From assembly GCA_963669175.1 (NCBI GenBank), contig OY769902.1, forward strand, positions 3,488,001 to 3,552,000: 64,000 nucleotides of DNA, written 5' to 3'. Shown here piece after piece: positions 39,027-50,026 of the stretch. Under the pieces are notes generated by a model. That model saw only the letters and a program-made list of their open reading frames with translations. It did not search any database and was not told where the DNA came from. The translations under genes and the position numbers were made by a program. Source of the stretch: a bacterium. GTDB taxonomy: Bacteria; Electryoneota; Electryoneia; Electryoneales; Electryoneaceae. Within the stretch, counting starts at the first letter, position 1. Every line of letters starts with the position of its first letter.

Positions 39027-40490
39027 CTACAGGATATACCGCGACAGATCGTCATCCTCGACCAGGTCGGATAGTGTCTCCTGTACCATCGCCTTCGTGA
39101 CTTCAATCTTCTTGATCCGCTTATTTGGAATCTTGAACAGCCATTCATCCAGCAGTCTTGTCATTACGGTATGCAACCTGCGGGCGCCGATGTTCTCGGT
39201 ACGATCATTAACCGTGGCAGCGAAACGTGCGATTTCACGAATTGCGGCCTTATCGAAAGTCAGCTCAACATTTTCCGCAGAGATCAGCGCTGTATACTGC
39301 TTCACCAGTGAATTGCGAGGTTGAGTCAGGATCTTTACAAAATCCTTTTCGTCCAATGGGTCCAGTTCAACCCGAATGGGGAAACGTCCCTGCAATTCCG
39401 GGATCAGATCAGAAGGCCGCGCCACATGAAATGCTCCTGCCGCAACGAACAGGACATGATCAGAATTCACCGGACCGTATTTTGTGGTTACCCGTGTGCC
39501 TTCAACGACAGGAAGAATATCACGCTGAACCCCTTCCCGGCTCACATCAGGCCCGTTACCCGGCTCAACCGCTGCGATCTTATCTATTTCATCCAGAAAG
39601 ACGATACCGACCTGTTCTGCCCTGTCAATCGCTTCTGCAATAATGGCGTCCATATCCAGCAAGCGGTCAATCTCTTCACCGAGGAGCAGGCTACGGGCTT
39701 CGTCAATCGTGACTTTACGCTTCTTCCGTTTTTGCGGCATCATTCCGCCGAACAGCTCCTGCAGGTTGATTCCCATCTCTTCAATCCCGATAGGACCAAT
39801 CACCTGCATCATACCACCGGTTTTCTCCGGAACACGCAATTCGACAGTAAATTTTTCCAGCTTGCCGCTACGCAGACGTTCACGCATTTTTTCACGTGAA
39901 CGTGCATATCGTTCAGACGCTATCGCAGCCTTTTCTGCTTCTATGCCCTCATCAATCTCATCATCTTCTTCGTCATCATCATCATCACCGTTCTCTTCAA
40001 CCTGCTGCGCGATTCCACTGAGCAGGTCATTCAGGTTTTTCGGGCTGGAAGATTTTGATGATGAAGGTGGCGGCAGCAAGAGATCAAGCAGACGCTCCTC
40101 AACCTTCAATTCAGCAATTTCGCTGACTTCTTCGGTTCGTTCCGAACGCACCATCGCAACCGCAGCGTCAACCAGATCACGAATAATGCCTTCAACATCC
40201 TTTCCGACATAGCCGACTTCGGTAAACTTGCTGGCTTCAACCTTGACAAAAGGCGCTCCGGCCAGTTTCGCCAGGCGACGGGCAATTTCAGTCTTGCCAA
40301 CGCCAGTCGGCCCCATCATGAGGATGTTGTTGGGCAGGATTTCATCGCGAATCGGATCTTCTACCTGTTGACGGCGCCAACGATTCCGTAGAGCAATCGC
40401 AACCGCACGTTTCGCTTCATCCTGACCAATGATGTATTCATCCAGTTCTTTTACGATCTGGCGAGGTGTGTACTCAAAAAGGGATTTCAC
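39027..40490 (-). CDS. hslU: ATP-dependent protease ATPase subunit HslU
   Basis: GPTGVGKTE, KFTEVGYVG, FLDEIDK, GVQRD, ENIGARRL, DLSRYIL. Confidence 0.98.
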   Translation of the reverse strand: MKSLFEYTPRQIVKELDEYIIGQDEAKRAVAIALRNRWRRQQVEDPIRDEILPNNILMMGPTGVGKTEIARRLAKLAGAPFVKVEASKFTEVGYVGKDVEGIIRDLVDAAVAMVRSERTEEVSEIAELKVEERLLDLLLPPPSSSKSSSPKNLNDLLSGIAQQVEENGDDDDDEEDDEIDEGIEAEKAAIASERYARSREKMRERLRSGKLEKFTVELRVPEKTGGMMQVIGPIGIEEMGINLQELFGGMMPQKRKKRKVTIDEARSLLLGEEIDRLLDMDAIIAEAIDRAEQVGIVFLDEIDKIAAVEPGNGPDVSREGVQRDILPVVEGTRVTTKYGPVNSDHVLFVAAGAFHVARPSDLIPELQGRFPIRVELDPLDEKDFVKILTQPRNSLVKQYTALISAENVELTFDKAAIREIARFAATVNDRTENIGARRLHTVMTRLLDEWLFKIPNKRIKKIEVTKAMVQETLSDLVEDDDLSRYIL

Positions 40491-41035
40491 AGCTCAATGA
40501 CCTTCAGGTTGGAATTTGTGTAAATGCAAATATCTGAGGTAATCCGTAGCGACTCGGTGACGATATCGACAGCGGTCAGATCTTTGGCGTGGTCTACCAG
40601 CGCACGAGCAGCCGCTGTAGCATAAGGCGCTCCGCTTCCGATTGCCAGCAAGCCATCATCCGGTTCAATAACGTCGCCATTACCGCTGATTAGGAACAAT
40701 TCCTTTTTGGTGACAGCGATCAGCAACGCTTCAAGCCTGCGCAGGGCACGATCGAGACGCCAGTCTTTCGCCAACTCCACAGCCGCCCTGCGTACATCTT
40801 TCGGATAAGCACGCAGTTTCTCTTCAAAGCGGTCAAATAAGGTTAAAGCATCTGCCACACCGCCCGCGAACCCTACCACAACATTGCCACCATTGAGTTC
40901 GCGCAGTTTATCCGCGCCACCCTTGATAATGGTATCATCAAATGTCACCTGGCCGTCCGCTCCAATGGCGCATTTGCCCTTGTAGCGCACTGCCAGAACA
41001 GTTGTACTACGAACTTTTCCTGGATATAGACTCAC
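40487..41035 (-). CDS. hslV: ATP-dependent protease peptidase subunit HslV
   Basis: STTVLAV, DGQVT, GFAG, IGSG, DICIYTN. Confidence 0.97.
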   Translation of the reverse strand: MSLYPGKVRSTTVLAVRYKGKCAIGADGQVTFDDTIIKGGADKLRELNGGNVVVGFAGGVADALTLFDRFEEKLRAYPKDVRRAAVELAKDWRLDRALRRLEALLIAVTKKELFLISGNGDVIEPDDGLLAIGSGAPYATAAARALVDHAKDLTAVDIVTESLRITSDICIYTNSNLKVIEL

Positions 41036-41250
41036 GTTACCACCTGTCCCAGTTTACCCTTAAAGAAAACCAGGGAATGGCAAGCGCCTGTATCCCTGGT
41101 TCTTCGCTGCATGAAAAAACACACGCCCGGCAAAGCCGCAACTTCTACGGTCTTGCACCGGGCGCCCCTGGAAGCACTTACAATATATCCGAACTCAAAA
41201 AGCATAGTCAAGAACTCATGTTAAAAACTTCTCGCAGCAAGTCTCTGATT

Positions 41251-42456
41251 CTACCCTGTTCTTCGCCAGCGGCTCGCCATCCCGGTAACGAGTCCGATCA
41301 ACATGAACATGGTTAAAAGACTTGATCCACCATAACTTAGCAACGGCAAGGGCAGTCCGGTTACAGGCATTACTCCGGTTGTCATGCCTACATTGACAAT
41401 CACCTGGAAAGCCAGCACAGCCGCGACTCCGGCGATGACCAGTTTCGAGTGTGGCGAGGCAACCTTCTTCGTAAGGTATAATAGCCGGACAATCAAGAAC
41501 CAGAACAGGACCAATACGATAATCGCTCCTATAAAGCCAAACTCTTCTCCAAGAACTGAGAATATGAAGTCTGTGTGCTGTTCCGGTAAAAAGCCACGAT
41601 GTGTCTGGCTGCCTTCCATCAACCCCTTTCCCCAGAACTTGCCGGATCCGATGGCAACCTTGGATTGAATGATCTGGTATCCTGCTCCAAGGGGATCAGC
41701 TTCAGGATTGATAAACGTAACCAGCCGGTTTCTCTGATATGGTTTCAGTTGCAACCAGAGTTTTGGCGTCATCCAGCCAATCGCCCCCATCATGGCGCCC
41801 CATAATACAGCCACATTGATGCGGATACCGGCGAAATACCCCAGGGCCAACAGGATAGCGATCACGATTACGATGGCGTAAGGATTGATGGATGCGATCA
41901 TAACCGCAACCGGGGATACTACAAACAATACGGCCAGATGCGGAATCCCGGCGATATAGGCCATCACTCCGGTAATCACCGGTATTACCAGGGATGTTCC
42001 AAGGTCCGGCTCGATCAGGATCAAGCCAAAAGGCACTACTGCTATCAGCGCCATCCCGAAGAAATATCGAATCTTGCTCAGGTCAGTACGACGATCTGAA
42101 AGAAAACGGGCCAGCGCCAGGATTACGCCTATCTTCGCCAATTCCGAAGGCTGAATATGGAATGTCCCCATCCCCAGCCATCGTCCCGTCGGCCCGGTAC
42201 CGATCATAAGCACCAGACCCAGGAGCAGAAGCATGCCAATATATACGAGATAAGAAGTTGCCAGAATAAAACGGTCAGGTATTAACGCAAGGGAAATACC
42301 CAGAATCAACCCAACAACAATAAACACCATTTGCCGAACAAAAAATCCTCCACCGGCAGCGACAGACGCACTATACAGGACAACCATGCCGAACCCGACA
42401 ATCAGCAGGGTAAGCAGCGGCACAATCCACTCTATCTCATGACGTTCAACTTTCAT
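41251..42456 (-). CDS. rodA: Rod shape-determining protein RodA
   Basis: QPSE.AK, EPDLGT, GYQ..QS..AIGSG, LPEQHTDFIFSV.GEE, SYGGSS. Confidence 0.96.
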   Translation of the reverse strand: MKVERHEIEWIVPLLTLLIVGFGMVVLYSASVAAGGGFFVRQMVFIVVGLILGISLALIPDRFILATSYLVYIGMLLLLGLVLMIGTGPTGRWLGMGTFHIQPSELAKIGVILALARFLSDRRTDLSKIRYFFGMALIAVVPFGLILIEPDLGTSLVIPVITGVMAYIAGIPHLAVLFVVSPVAVMIASINPYAIVIVIAILLALGYFAGIRINVAVLWGAMMGAIGWMTPKLWLQLKPYQRNRLVTFINPEADPLGAGYQIIQSKVAIGSGKFWGKGLMEGSQTHRGFLPEQHTDFIFSVLGEEFGFIGAIIVLVLFWFLIVRLLYLTKKVASPHSKLVIAGVAAVLAFQVIVNVGMTTGVMPVTGLPLPLLSYGGSSLLTMFMLIGLVTGMASRWRRTG

Positions 42457-44327
42457 TCTTCCGGCTCCTCCTCGGCTGTTGCACCGGAAGCCGCATTCTG
42501 TGCTGCTTCTATCTCTGCGCGTCGCGCTGCTATTTCGGCCAGTACCTTCGCCCTGTATTTATGCCAGCCGGCTTCGTCATACCCAAGGTAAGCGCGAATA
42601 ATTTTATAGGCGATTGGCGCTGCCGCGGTCGATCCATGCTCGCCATGTTCAACAACAACGCTGACTGCAATTTGCGGGTCATCAAACGGGGCAAAAGCCA
42701 CAAATAAAGCGTGGTCCTTGCCATGCGGATTTTGCGCGGTTCCCGTCTTCCCGGCAACAGTCAAACGTGGATCATACAACCAATGCGCCGTTCCGCGTGC
42801 GCCTTCTGTTACCTGCAACATATCCTGTCGGACAATACTGATCACATTCGGATCAATATCAACTGTATGTTTTTCCCATTGATCCAGGAATTCTCGTGTC
42901 GAATCCGGGTTCTGCAGACCGCGTACCAGATGTGGTGTCACCCACCAGCCGCCATTTGCCAGTGAACTTGCATAAACGGCCGCCTGAAGAGGGGTTACCA
43001 GCACATCACCCTGCCCGATAGCAATGTTGAATAATTGGCCGTCGCTCCATTTGTTTTCCCCATAGCGACGATCAAAAAAGGCCCTGCTGGGAAGAAGTCC
43101 GGCGGATTCATGTTCCAGGTCAATGCCTGTCTTGATACCAAACGGGAATTTCCCTACCCACTCCGAGAACCTGTCGATACCAAGTTTCAGGCCGACGGTA
43201 TAGAAAAAGACGTCGCATGATTGTTCGATGGATTCCTTGTGTCCCACATGACCATGACCTGTCTTTTTCCAGCAACTGAACCAGCGCCCCAGGTACAGAC
43301 CGCCGTTGCAGGTCACATCGAAATCAGTATCAATGATACCGCTTCCCAACCCGGCGCTGAGTACCGCCATTTTAAAAATTGATCCCGGCGGATATGCCCC
43401 CTGTATGGCACGATGCAACAGTGGTTTTGCCGGATCTTCCTGCAGGGCGCGCCATTGTTCTGTCGTCAGAACATTGGCAAAGGTTTCCGGTGGGTAATCC
43501 GGCTTGGAAGCCATGACCAGCACTTCACCCGTCTTAGGCTCAATCGCAACAACACTTCCGGAACCATCGCCAAGTAATTCTTCAGCATATTCCTGCAGAA
43601 AAACATCAATGGTCAAGATAAGGTCTTTTCCTGGATTCGGTGGTTTCTGATCAATTCCGGAAAGGGGACCAATTACACGACCCATCACATCAACTTCGAG
43701 ATAGTTGAATCCTTTTTCGCCACAGAGCGCCTTATTCCAGGTACGCTCCAATCCTGCCAGGCCAACAATATCCCCAATTTCCTGGTCAGGAAATTTTGGC
43801 GCGTCGCGTTCTTTCAACTCACCGATATGACCAAGCGTATGCGAGGCAATACGGTGATGGTAGGCGCGTTTTGGTTCAATCTGGAAACTGATGCCGGGCA
43901 GATAGACCTTCCGTTCTTCCAAAGCGGCGTACAAGTTGAACGGCACATCTCGAATGATACGAACCGGTGTATACCGGTTATTGGGAATCTTCCGCAACCG
44001 TTCTTCAAACTGTTCATTGGTTAGTCCGCTCAAAGTCAAAAGCGTGTCACGGACCTCTGGATTCTGGTCAATTGCATAGGGAACCGCATACAAGGTATAA
44101 GAGGGGTAATTATCAACAATCAGCTCACCATTCCGGTCATACATCAAACCTCGAAGCGGTGTTAATTCAACAGCTTTAATCCGGTTTGTATCTGATTTTT
44201 TCAGGTAGGTTTCAGCCTGTACCACCTGCATTCTGAACAGGCGCACCCCTATCAGCCCGAACACAATGGTGACCAGGATATACAATGGAAGCAATCGTTC
44301 TGCAGAAAACCGGGGTTTTTCGTTCAC
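42453..44327 (-). CDS. mrdA: Penicillin-binding protein 2
   Basis: RG..YDRNG, YPPGSIFK, SCDVFFY, AGKTGTAQ. Confidence 0.96.
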   Translation of the reverse strand: MNEKPRFSAERLLPLYILVTIVFGLIGVRLFRMQVVQAETYLKKSDTNRIKAVELTPLRGLMYDRNGELIVDNYPSYTLYAVPYAIDQNPEVRDTLLTLSGLTNEQFEERLRKIPNNRYTPVRIIRDVPFNLYAALEERKVYLPGISFQIEPKRAYHHRIASHTLGHIGELKERDAPKFPDQEIGDIVGLAGLERTWNKALCGEKGFNYLEVDVMGRVIGPLSGIDQKPPNPGKDLILTIDVFLQEYAEELLGDGSGSVVAIEPKTGEVLVMASKPDYPPETFANVLTTEQWRALQEDPAKPLLHRAIQGAYPPGSIFKMAVLSAGLGSGIIDTDFDVTCNGGLYLGRWFSCWKKTGHGHVGHKESIEQSCDVFFYTVGLKLGIDRFSEWVGKFPFGIKTGIDLEHESAGLLPSRAFFDRRYGENKWSDGQLFNIAIGQGDVLVTPLQAAVYASSLANGGWWVTPHLVRGLQNPDSTREFLDQWEKHTVDIDPNVISIVRQDMLQVTEGARGTAHWLYDPRLTVAGKTGTAQNPHGKDHALFVAFAPFDDPQIAVSVVVEHGEHGSTAAAPIAYKIIRAYLGYDEAGWHKYRAKVLAEIAARRAEIEAAQNAASGATAEEEPEE

Positions 44328-44361
44328 TACCTGCTCCAGTACACCTTAACTGCCTGCTCGT

Positions 44362-44847
44362 TCATATGGTCACTCGGACCCTTCGTTCAAATAAGGGGGT
44401 CATGGCCCAGACCATGGCTATTCCCCACGTGTATAACGTAATAAGCAAAGCATGCTGAACCAGCATCACACCAATGGAAGCCATCGAATGAAGCGAATAG
44501 AAGTAGGCGAAGACAAAGGAATAGACAAGAATGCCTGCCAAACTGGTTATTGCCCAGCGATTAAATGGGATCGGGATATCGGAATAGAACATCTTACCAA
44601 CAACAAAGGCCGCTAAAACATAAGCCAGACTGGATAACCCGACAAACCCGGAACCTACCGCATCGATAATGAATCCGGCGAGAAAACCTGCTGTGACACC
44701 TTCCATCGGTCCCCGTCTTGCCGACCAATGAAGCAGAAATACCAGCGGTATATCAGGCCTGAACCAATAGATAGCCATATATGGAACAAGTGTCGCCTGA
44801 ACTATCAGCGATATTACCACGACTATTATATATGTTAAGGCCTTCAT
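44362..44847 (-). CDS. mreD: Rod shape-determining protein MreD
   Basis: PD..L, GF..G...D membrane protein lying between mreC and mrdA. Confidence 0.9.
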   Translation of the reverse strand: MKALTYIIVVVISLIVQATLVPYMAIYWFRPDIPLVFLLHWSARRGPMEGVTAGFLAGFIIDAVGSGFVGLSSLAYVLAAFVVGKMFYSDIPIPFNRWAITSLAGILVYSFVFAYFYSLHSMASIGVMLVQHALLITLYTWGIAMVWAMTPLFERRVRVTI

Positions 44848-45662
44848 TCCGACACCTCAACAGTTGAATCTATATAGGTTGAATCAGGTGTCAGGACAAA
44901 AACCTCCTCCAACCTGGAAAACTGAACAAACGGTCTCACAGATACAGTAAGGAATATATCGCTGTGCTCACTGCCAACTTCTTCAACCACCCCAACGGGA
45001 ATACCTTCTGGGATCATACCGCCAAGGCCACTGGTTACAATCCTGTCCCCTACAACCACATCAAGGTTCTTCGGGACATCATCAAGCAGAAGATGGTCGG
45101 TGCCACGCCAGCGAATAATGCCGTCCACCCTGCTGCGTTCAACCCGTACACTCGTAGCGAATTGACGGTCCAGCGCAAGCTGCACGATGCTGTTATAGGG
45201 ATCTACTTCATGAATCACACCGGCCAATCCATTGACCGTTACAACCGCACGTCCCAGCTCAACACCATATTTGCTGCCTTTATTTAACAGTACACTGGAC
45301 AGGTTGAAACTCGGATCGCGTGCAACCACTTCACAAGCAAGGTAGTCAAAGCGCGGGTTCTCGCTGAAGTCAAGCATTTTCCGAAGTCGGATGTTTTCCA
45401 GCATGGCATCACGCCATTCAAATTCCTGCATCCGCAGTCCGATGACTTCCTGACGCAGGGTGGCGTTTTCTGACCACAGGGAAAGCGTACGTGGAACAAG
45501 CATCAATGGCGCGGCAGCAAACCTGAGGACGAACCTGATACCAACTCGAAAAGGTTCCGCAGCGGGATAACTGGACGAGTACATCATGGTCAACGACAGA
45601 AGCACTGCCGCGACCATAACTATCCACTCTCTCCGGGATGAAATCTTGACGAGGAGGTTCAT
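44844..45662 (-). CDS. mreC: Rod shape-determining protein MreC
   Basis: EN.RLRKML, NKGS..GV, GD.IVTSGLGG..P.GIPVG. Confidence 0.95.
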   Translation of the reverse strand: MNLLVKISSRREWIVMVAAVLLSLTMMYSSSYPAAEPFRVGIRFVLRFAAAPLMLVPRTLSLWSENATLRQEVIGLRMQEFEWRDAMLENIRLRKMLDFSENPRFDYLACEVVARDPSFNLSSVLLNKGSKYGVELGRAVVTVNGLAGVIHEVDPYNSIVQLALDRQFATSVRVERSRVDGIIRWRGTDHLLLDDVPKNLDVVVGDRIVTSGLGGMIPEGIPVGVVEEVGSEHSDIFLTVSVRPFVQFSRLEEVFVLTPDSTYIDSTVEVSE

Positions 45663-45774
45663 AGGCGGCTTTGGGTTGAACTCGTGACGGTTTCGACCGC
45701 CCTGACTGAACGAAACGACAGGCCAACAGCCCCAGAATAAGGGGTGAGTGAAACGATTCCCTTGGATCGGTCCA

Positions 45775-46800
45775 CTAGTTCTTCAATAACACGGCCTCAT
45801 ATCGTTCGAAATGATCAAGCACCACACCCGTACCACGCACCACACAGGTCAGCGGATCTTCAGCCTGGCTGATGGGCAGGCTGGTCTCTTCACGCAAGCG
45901 TTGATCCAATCCCTTAATCAATGCGCCGCCACCAGTCAGGATAATCCCACGGTCGCGAATATCTGCTGCGAGCATTGGCGGGGTCTTCTCAAGGGACAAC
46001 TTCACCGCTTCAACAATCTGTGCAACCGGTTCCGCGATGGCTTCACGGATTTCCATGGAGTTGATCTCAATCGCTTTCGGGATACCGGCGACAAGGTCGC
46101 GTCCCTTGGCGATCATACTGACTTCCTGCTCGAGTGGAACTGCCGAACCGACCTTCTGCTTGATCTCTTCCGCCATGCGGTCACCGATCAACAGGTTATA
46201 GGTACGGCGCATGAACTGCATGATATTGTCGTCCATTTCATCGCCACCGACACGGATACTGGTGTCAGTTACGATACCGGACAGGGAAATAACCGCGATT
46301 TCTGTTGTTCCACCGCCAATATCGATCACCATGCTGCCGACAGCTTCATCTACAGGCAATCCCACCCCCATAGCAGCGGCCATCGGTTCAGCGATCAGGT
46401 ATACTTCACGGCAGCCGGCGTGTTCTGCAGCGTCACGAATAATACGCTTTTCCGATTTCGTAACACCGGAAGGAACGCAGACAATCGCACGTGGGCGGAC
46501 AAGACGATGTTTGGTGACACGCTTCAGAAGACTGCGGATCATGATTTCCGCGACTTCGTCATCGTCAATAACACCGTGCCGCATCGGACGGATTACTTCG
46601 ATGTTCTGGTGAGTTTTCCCCATCATATGCCGCGCATCACGTCCAATGGCCATAACCCTGCCGTCGTCCTTGCGAATCGCAACGACAGAAGGTTCACGCA
46701 CCACAATTCCACGGCCTTTCACATACACAAGGGTATTCGCAGTACCCAAGTCCATGGCGATATCACTCGCCAGGTATTTCCCGAAGGAGAAAAACGGCAT
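45775..46800 (-). CDS. mreB: Rod shape-determining protein MreB
   Basis: DLGTANT, EPMAAA, DIGGGTTE, LTGGGAL. Confidence 0.98.
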   Translation of the reverse strand: MPFFSFGKYLASDIAMDLGTANTLVYVKGRGIVVREPSVVAIRKDDGRVMAIGRDARHMMGKTHQNIEVIRPMRHGVIDDDEVAEIMIRSLLKRVTKHRLVRPRAIVCVPSGVTKSEKRIIRDAAEHAGCREVYLIAEPMAAAMGVGLPVDEAVGSMVIDIGGGTTEIAVISLSGIVTDTSIRVGGDEMDDNIMQFMRRTYNLLIGDRMAEEIKQKVGSAVPLEQEVSMIAKGRDLVAGIPKAIEINSMEIREAIAEPVAQIVEAVKLSLEKTPPMLAADIRDRGIILTGGGALIKGLDQRLREETSLPISQAEDPLTCVVRGTGVVLDHFERYEAVLLKN

Positions 46801-46932
46801 CCCTTATTCTCCAAATCCTCAAGCAGATCAAGCCCTTACGGGCACGCAAACAGAGACAAACCAAGAAGCTATATGATAGCCTTCTTGGGGTGCGGGAGTC
46901 AATGTAGAGTCTCGCAAAACCCTTGTTTTTGC

Positions 46933-48492
46933 TCAGGCATGACGGAAGTGACGACGTCCGGTAAACACCATCGCCACATTGTTCTCATCCGCCGCGTCAA
47001 TGACTTCCTGGTCACGGATACTGCCACCCGGCTGAATCACAGCCGTAGCGCCCGCTTCCACCGCCTGCATCATGCCATCGGCGAACGGGAAGTATGCATC
47101 GGAAGCCAGCACGGTATTCGCCAGGCTCAAGCAAGCGTCTTCCGCTTTCAAACGTGCCAGCCGCACGGCATCCACACGACTCATTTGCCCTGCCCCAATA
47201 CCCATCGTCTTTCCAGCAGTAGCAAACAACACCGCATTGGACTTCACATACTTGCAAACCTTCCAGGCAAATCGTAACGAAATAAATTCTTCCTCTGTGG
47301 GCTGACGTTTGGTGACAACCGTCAACTCATCTATCTCCGGGAAACCGTAATCGCGTTCCTGAACCAGCAACCCACCTGCAACCCTGCGAACATCATAACC
47401 AGCCATCTTTGTCGCTTCCGGGCTGGCTTCCAGGATGCGGAGGTTCTTTTTCTTCATCAACAACGCCAATGCCTCTTCCGTGAACCCGGGCGCAACGACT
47501 ACTTCTGTAAATGCTTTGTTTATCTGTTTCGCGGTCTGAGCATCGCAAATACGATTCATGCCGACAATACCGCCGTAAGCGCTCATCGGATCACAGGCAC
47601 GCGCCCCCGCTTCCGCTTCCGCGATAGTCGCACCAATCGCTACACCGGAAGGAGTGGTGTGCTTCAGAATCGCCACACAAGGTTCTTCAAACTCGGACGG
47701 CAGCGCCAGCGCGATGTCCGCATCGATCATATTGTTGAATGACAGTTCCTTACCATGAAACTGCTTGCAGGCGCGAAGACCGTTACCCTCTTCCCCTTTC
47801 AAGCCGTAATAAGCTGCGGCCTGATGCGGGTTTTCACCGTAACGCATGTCCTGCTGACGGCTTAACACAAAATTCAGCCGCGCAGGCATGACCACTTCTT
47901 CCTTCTCCGCAGTCTTTGCGAACCAGTCCGAAATAGCACGGTCATAGCTGGCGGTCATTTCGAAAGCTGCGCCTGCCAGCTTGCGGCGAAGCCCGTCAGA
48001 CAATTCGCCATCAGCCTTCAATGCCGCCAATACTTCGTTATATTGTTCATGCGCGGTAACCACGCCGACATACGCCCAGTTCTTGGCAGCGGCACGAATC
48101 ATCCCTGGACCGCCGATATCAATCGCCTCAATCGCTTCCGCGTCAGAAACATTACCTGAAGTGCGTTTTTCAAACTGGTACAGGTTCACCACTACGAGGT
48201 CAATCGGCACCAAACCATGCGCCTCAACCGCTTTTTCATCTTCTTCCAGACCGCGACGGAACAGAATGCCACCATGAATAGCAGGATGCAGTGTCTTTAC
48301 CCGTCCACCCATGATTTCCGGGAAACCGGTTGCATCGGATACTTCACGGAAAGCGACACCGGCCTCGGCCAACGCTTTACCTGTCCCACCGGTTGAAAGA
48401 ATCTCAATTCCAAGTTCCTGCAAACCCTTTGCAAACTCAGCGACTCCGGTCTTATCCGTGACGCTTATCAATGCCCTTCTGACCTTGCTCAC
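46933..48492 (-). CDS. purH: Bifunctional AICAR formyltransferase/IMP cyclohydrolase
   Basis: RALISV.DK, GRVKTLHP, IDIGGP, RYGENPHQ, FTGRRHFRH; start moved to GTG 48492. Confidence 0.97.
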   Translation of the reverse strand: MSKVRRALISVTDKTGVAEFAKGLQELGIEILSTGGTGKALAEAGVAFREVSDATGFPEIMGGRVKTLHPAIHGGILFRRGLEEDEKAVEAHGLVPIDLVVVNLYQFEKRTSGNVSDAEAIEAIDIGGPGMIRAAAKNWAYVGVVTAHEQYNEVLAALKADGELSDGLRRKLAGAAFEMTASYDRAISDWFAKTAEKEEVVMPARLNFVLSRQQDMRYGENPHQAAAYYGLKGEEGNGLRACKQFHGKELSFNNMIDADIALALPSEFEEPCVAILKHTTPSGVAIGATIAEAEAGARACDPMSAYGGIVGMNRICDAQTAKQINKAFTEVVVAPGFTEEALALLMKKKNLRILEASPEATKMAGYDVRRVAGGLLVQERDYGFPEIDELTVVTKRQPTEEEFISLRFAWKVCKYVKSNAVLFATAGKTMGIGAGQMSRVDAVRLARLKAEDACLSLANTVLASDAYFPFADGMMQAVEAGATAVIQPGGSIRDQEVIDAADENNVAMVFTGRRHFRHA

Positions 48493-49106
48493 GATGCATC
48501 CTTCCCTGTGTAAACGGTTTCTATCCAACGCTGAACTGCCTTGGGGTAACTCTCGTGTTCAACCTTTAAAACACGCTTCGCCAGCGACTCCGGAGTATCC
48601 TCCGGCTTCACTTTCACCCCGCTCGCCTGCAATAGAACATCACCTTCATCATATTCTTCATTCACGAAGTGAATGGTCACTCCGGTATACTCGTCTTCAG
48701 CATCAATCACGCTCTCATGAACATGGATGCCGTACATCCCTTTTCCGCCGTGTTTCGGTAACAGGGCCGGATGAATGTTCAACATGGCTTTCGGATACGC
48801 CCTGATCAGCGCCGGGGGTACTTTCTTCATATACCCGGCCAGAAGAATCAGATCAACTTGATGCTCACGAAATACACTGATCAGTTTCTCTGCGAATTCA
48901 CTTCCCTTGTCAAACTCATCACGCGTTATGGTAAAGCTTGGAATATTATATTCTTTGGCAACTTCATGAACACGAGCAAATGGATTGTTAGAGATGATCA
49001 CAGCGCCGGTTGCATTTAGCTGCTTATCACGACAGGCACGCAACACTGATTCCGCATTGCTGCCCCTGCCTGAGGCCATGATCCCCAACCGAACCTTCCC
49101 GCTCAT
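48489..49106 (-). CDS. purN: Phosphoribosylglycinamide formyltransferase
   Basis: ASGRGSN, LAGYM, NIHPALLP, GVTIHFV...YD.G; start moved to ATG 49106. Confidence 0.96.
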   Translation of the reverse strand: MSGKVRLGIMASGRGSNAESVLRACRDKQLNATGAVIISNNPFARVHEVAKEYNIPSFTITRDEFDKGSEFAEKLISVFREHQVDLILLAGYMKKVPPALIRAYPKAMLNIHPALLPKHGGKGMYGIHVHESVIDAEDEYTGVTIHFVNEEYDEGDVLLQASGVKVKPEDTPESLAKRVLKVEHESYPKAVQRWIETVYTGKDAS

Positions 49107-50026
49107 ACCCTGTTCTCCACAACAACTTCCCGTTTTTGAACGTCCATCCGCACCCAACTCCCCAATGGTAGCGTCCACATCGGCCCCACATGTCCGTAAG
49201 GCGCCCCGGCAAGCATGGGTATATCACCTGCAAATTCGGCAATCAGCTTTACTACCGCTTCATGCTGGTCTTGAGGTTGCCCTTTTACATGCTGCACAAA
49301 CCTTCCCAGCAGAATACCACGAACCCCATCAAAAGCGCCTGACAAACGAAGTTGGGTCAACATGCGATCAATGCGATACAGGGGCTCGTCTATCTCTTCC
49401 AGAACGACTACAGCGTCCCTGAACAGGGGCGTATCCGTCGTTCCGCAGAGGGAAGCCATCATCGCCAGATTCCCTCCGACCAGTCTTCCTTCGGCAACAC
49501 CATGTTGAACCGGTATCAGCTCTTCACCCTCCGGAACAGGCAATGGCTTTGACCATGCTTGCCCGGTCAGCATCTCCAGCCAGCATTTTTTTGAGAATTC
49601 CGGAAGCTCTCCCCCCCATCCGCGAGCGACTTGTGGTCCTGAAAATGTTACCAGGCCAACTCGTTGCCACAACGCCCACTGCAATGCGCTAATATCGGAA
49701 AAACCGAGCAGGATTTTAGGGCTCGCGGAGATGCGTTCAAAGTCAAGATATTTCAGGATGCGCATGGTGCCGTAACCACCTCGAGAACAAGCAATTGCGT
49801 CAAATCGATCATCGGTAAACGCATTCATTAAATCACGCGCTCGATCCTCATCTGAACCGGCCAGGTAAGCGCTGCCTTCCAGTACATGCGGCATTGGTTC
49901 CAGCACAAATCCATGTGCCGCCAATGCGGCCATGCCACGTCCGAGTTCTGCCTTCTTGATAGGTCCGGCGGGTGAGATTACTGCGATACGGTCACCCGAT
50001 TTTAAAGCTGGTGGGATCAGGGCCAT
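49103..50026 (-). CDS. ldcA: LD-carboxypeptidase (S66)
   Basis: RGGYG, GFSDIS, GGNL, LEEIDE, YGH catalytic triad motifs. Confidence 0.92.
   Translation of the reverse strand: MALIPPALKSGDRIAVISPAGPIKKAELGRGMAALAAHGFVLEPMPHVLEGSAYLAGSDEDRARDLMNAFTDDRFDAIACSRGGYGTMRILKYLDFERISASPKILLGFSDISALQWALWQRVGLVTFSGPQVARGWGGELPEFSKKCWLEMLTGQAWSKPLPVPEGEELIPVQHGVAEGRLVGGNLAMMASLCGTTDTPLFRDAVVVLEEIDEPLYRIDRMLTQLRLSGAFDGVRGILLGRFVQHVKGQPQDQHEAVVKLIAEFAGDIPMLAGAPYGHVGPMWTLPLGSWVRMDVQKREVVVENRV

Noticed and set aside
45811-47277. 488-aa plus-strand ORF
   Set aside because: Antisense shadow of mreB and purH with no recognisable motifs; explained by codon bias of the real genes.
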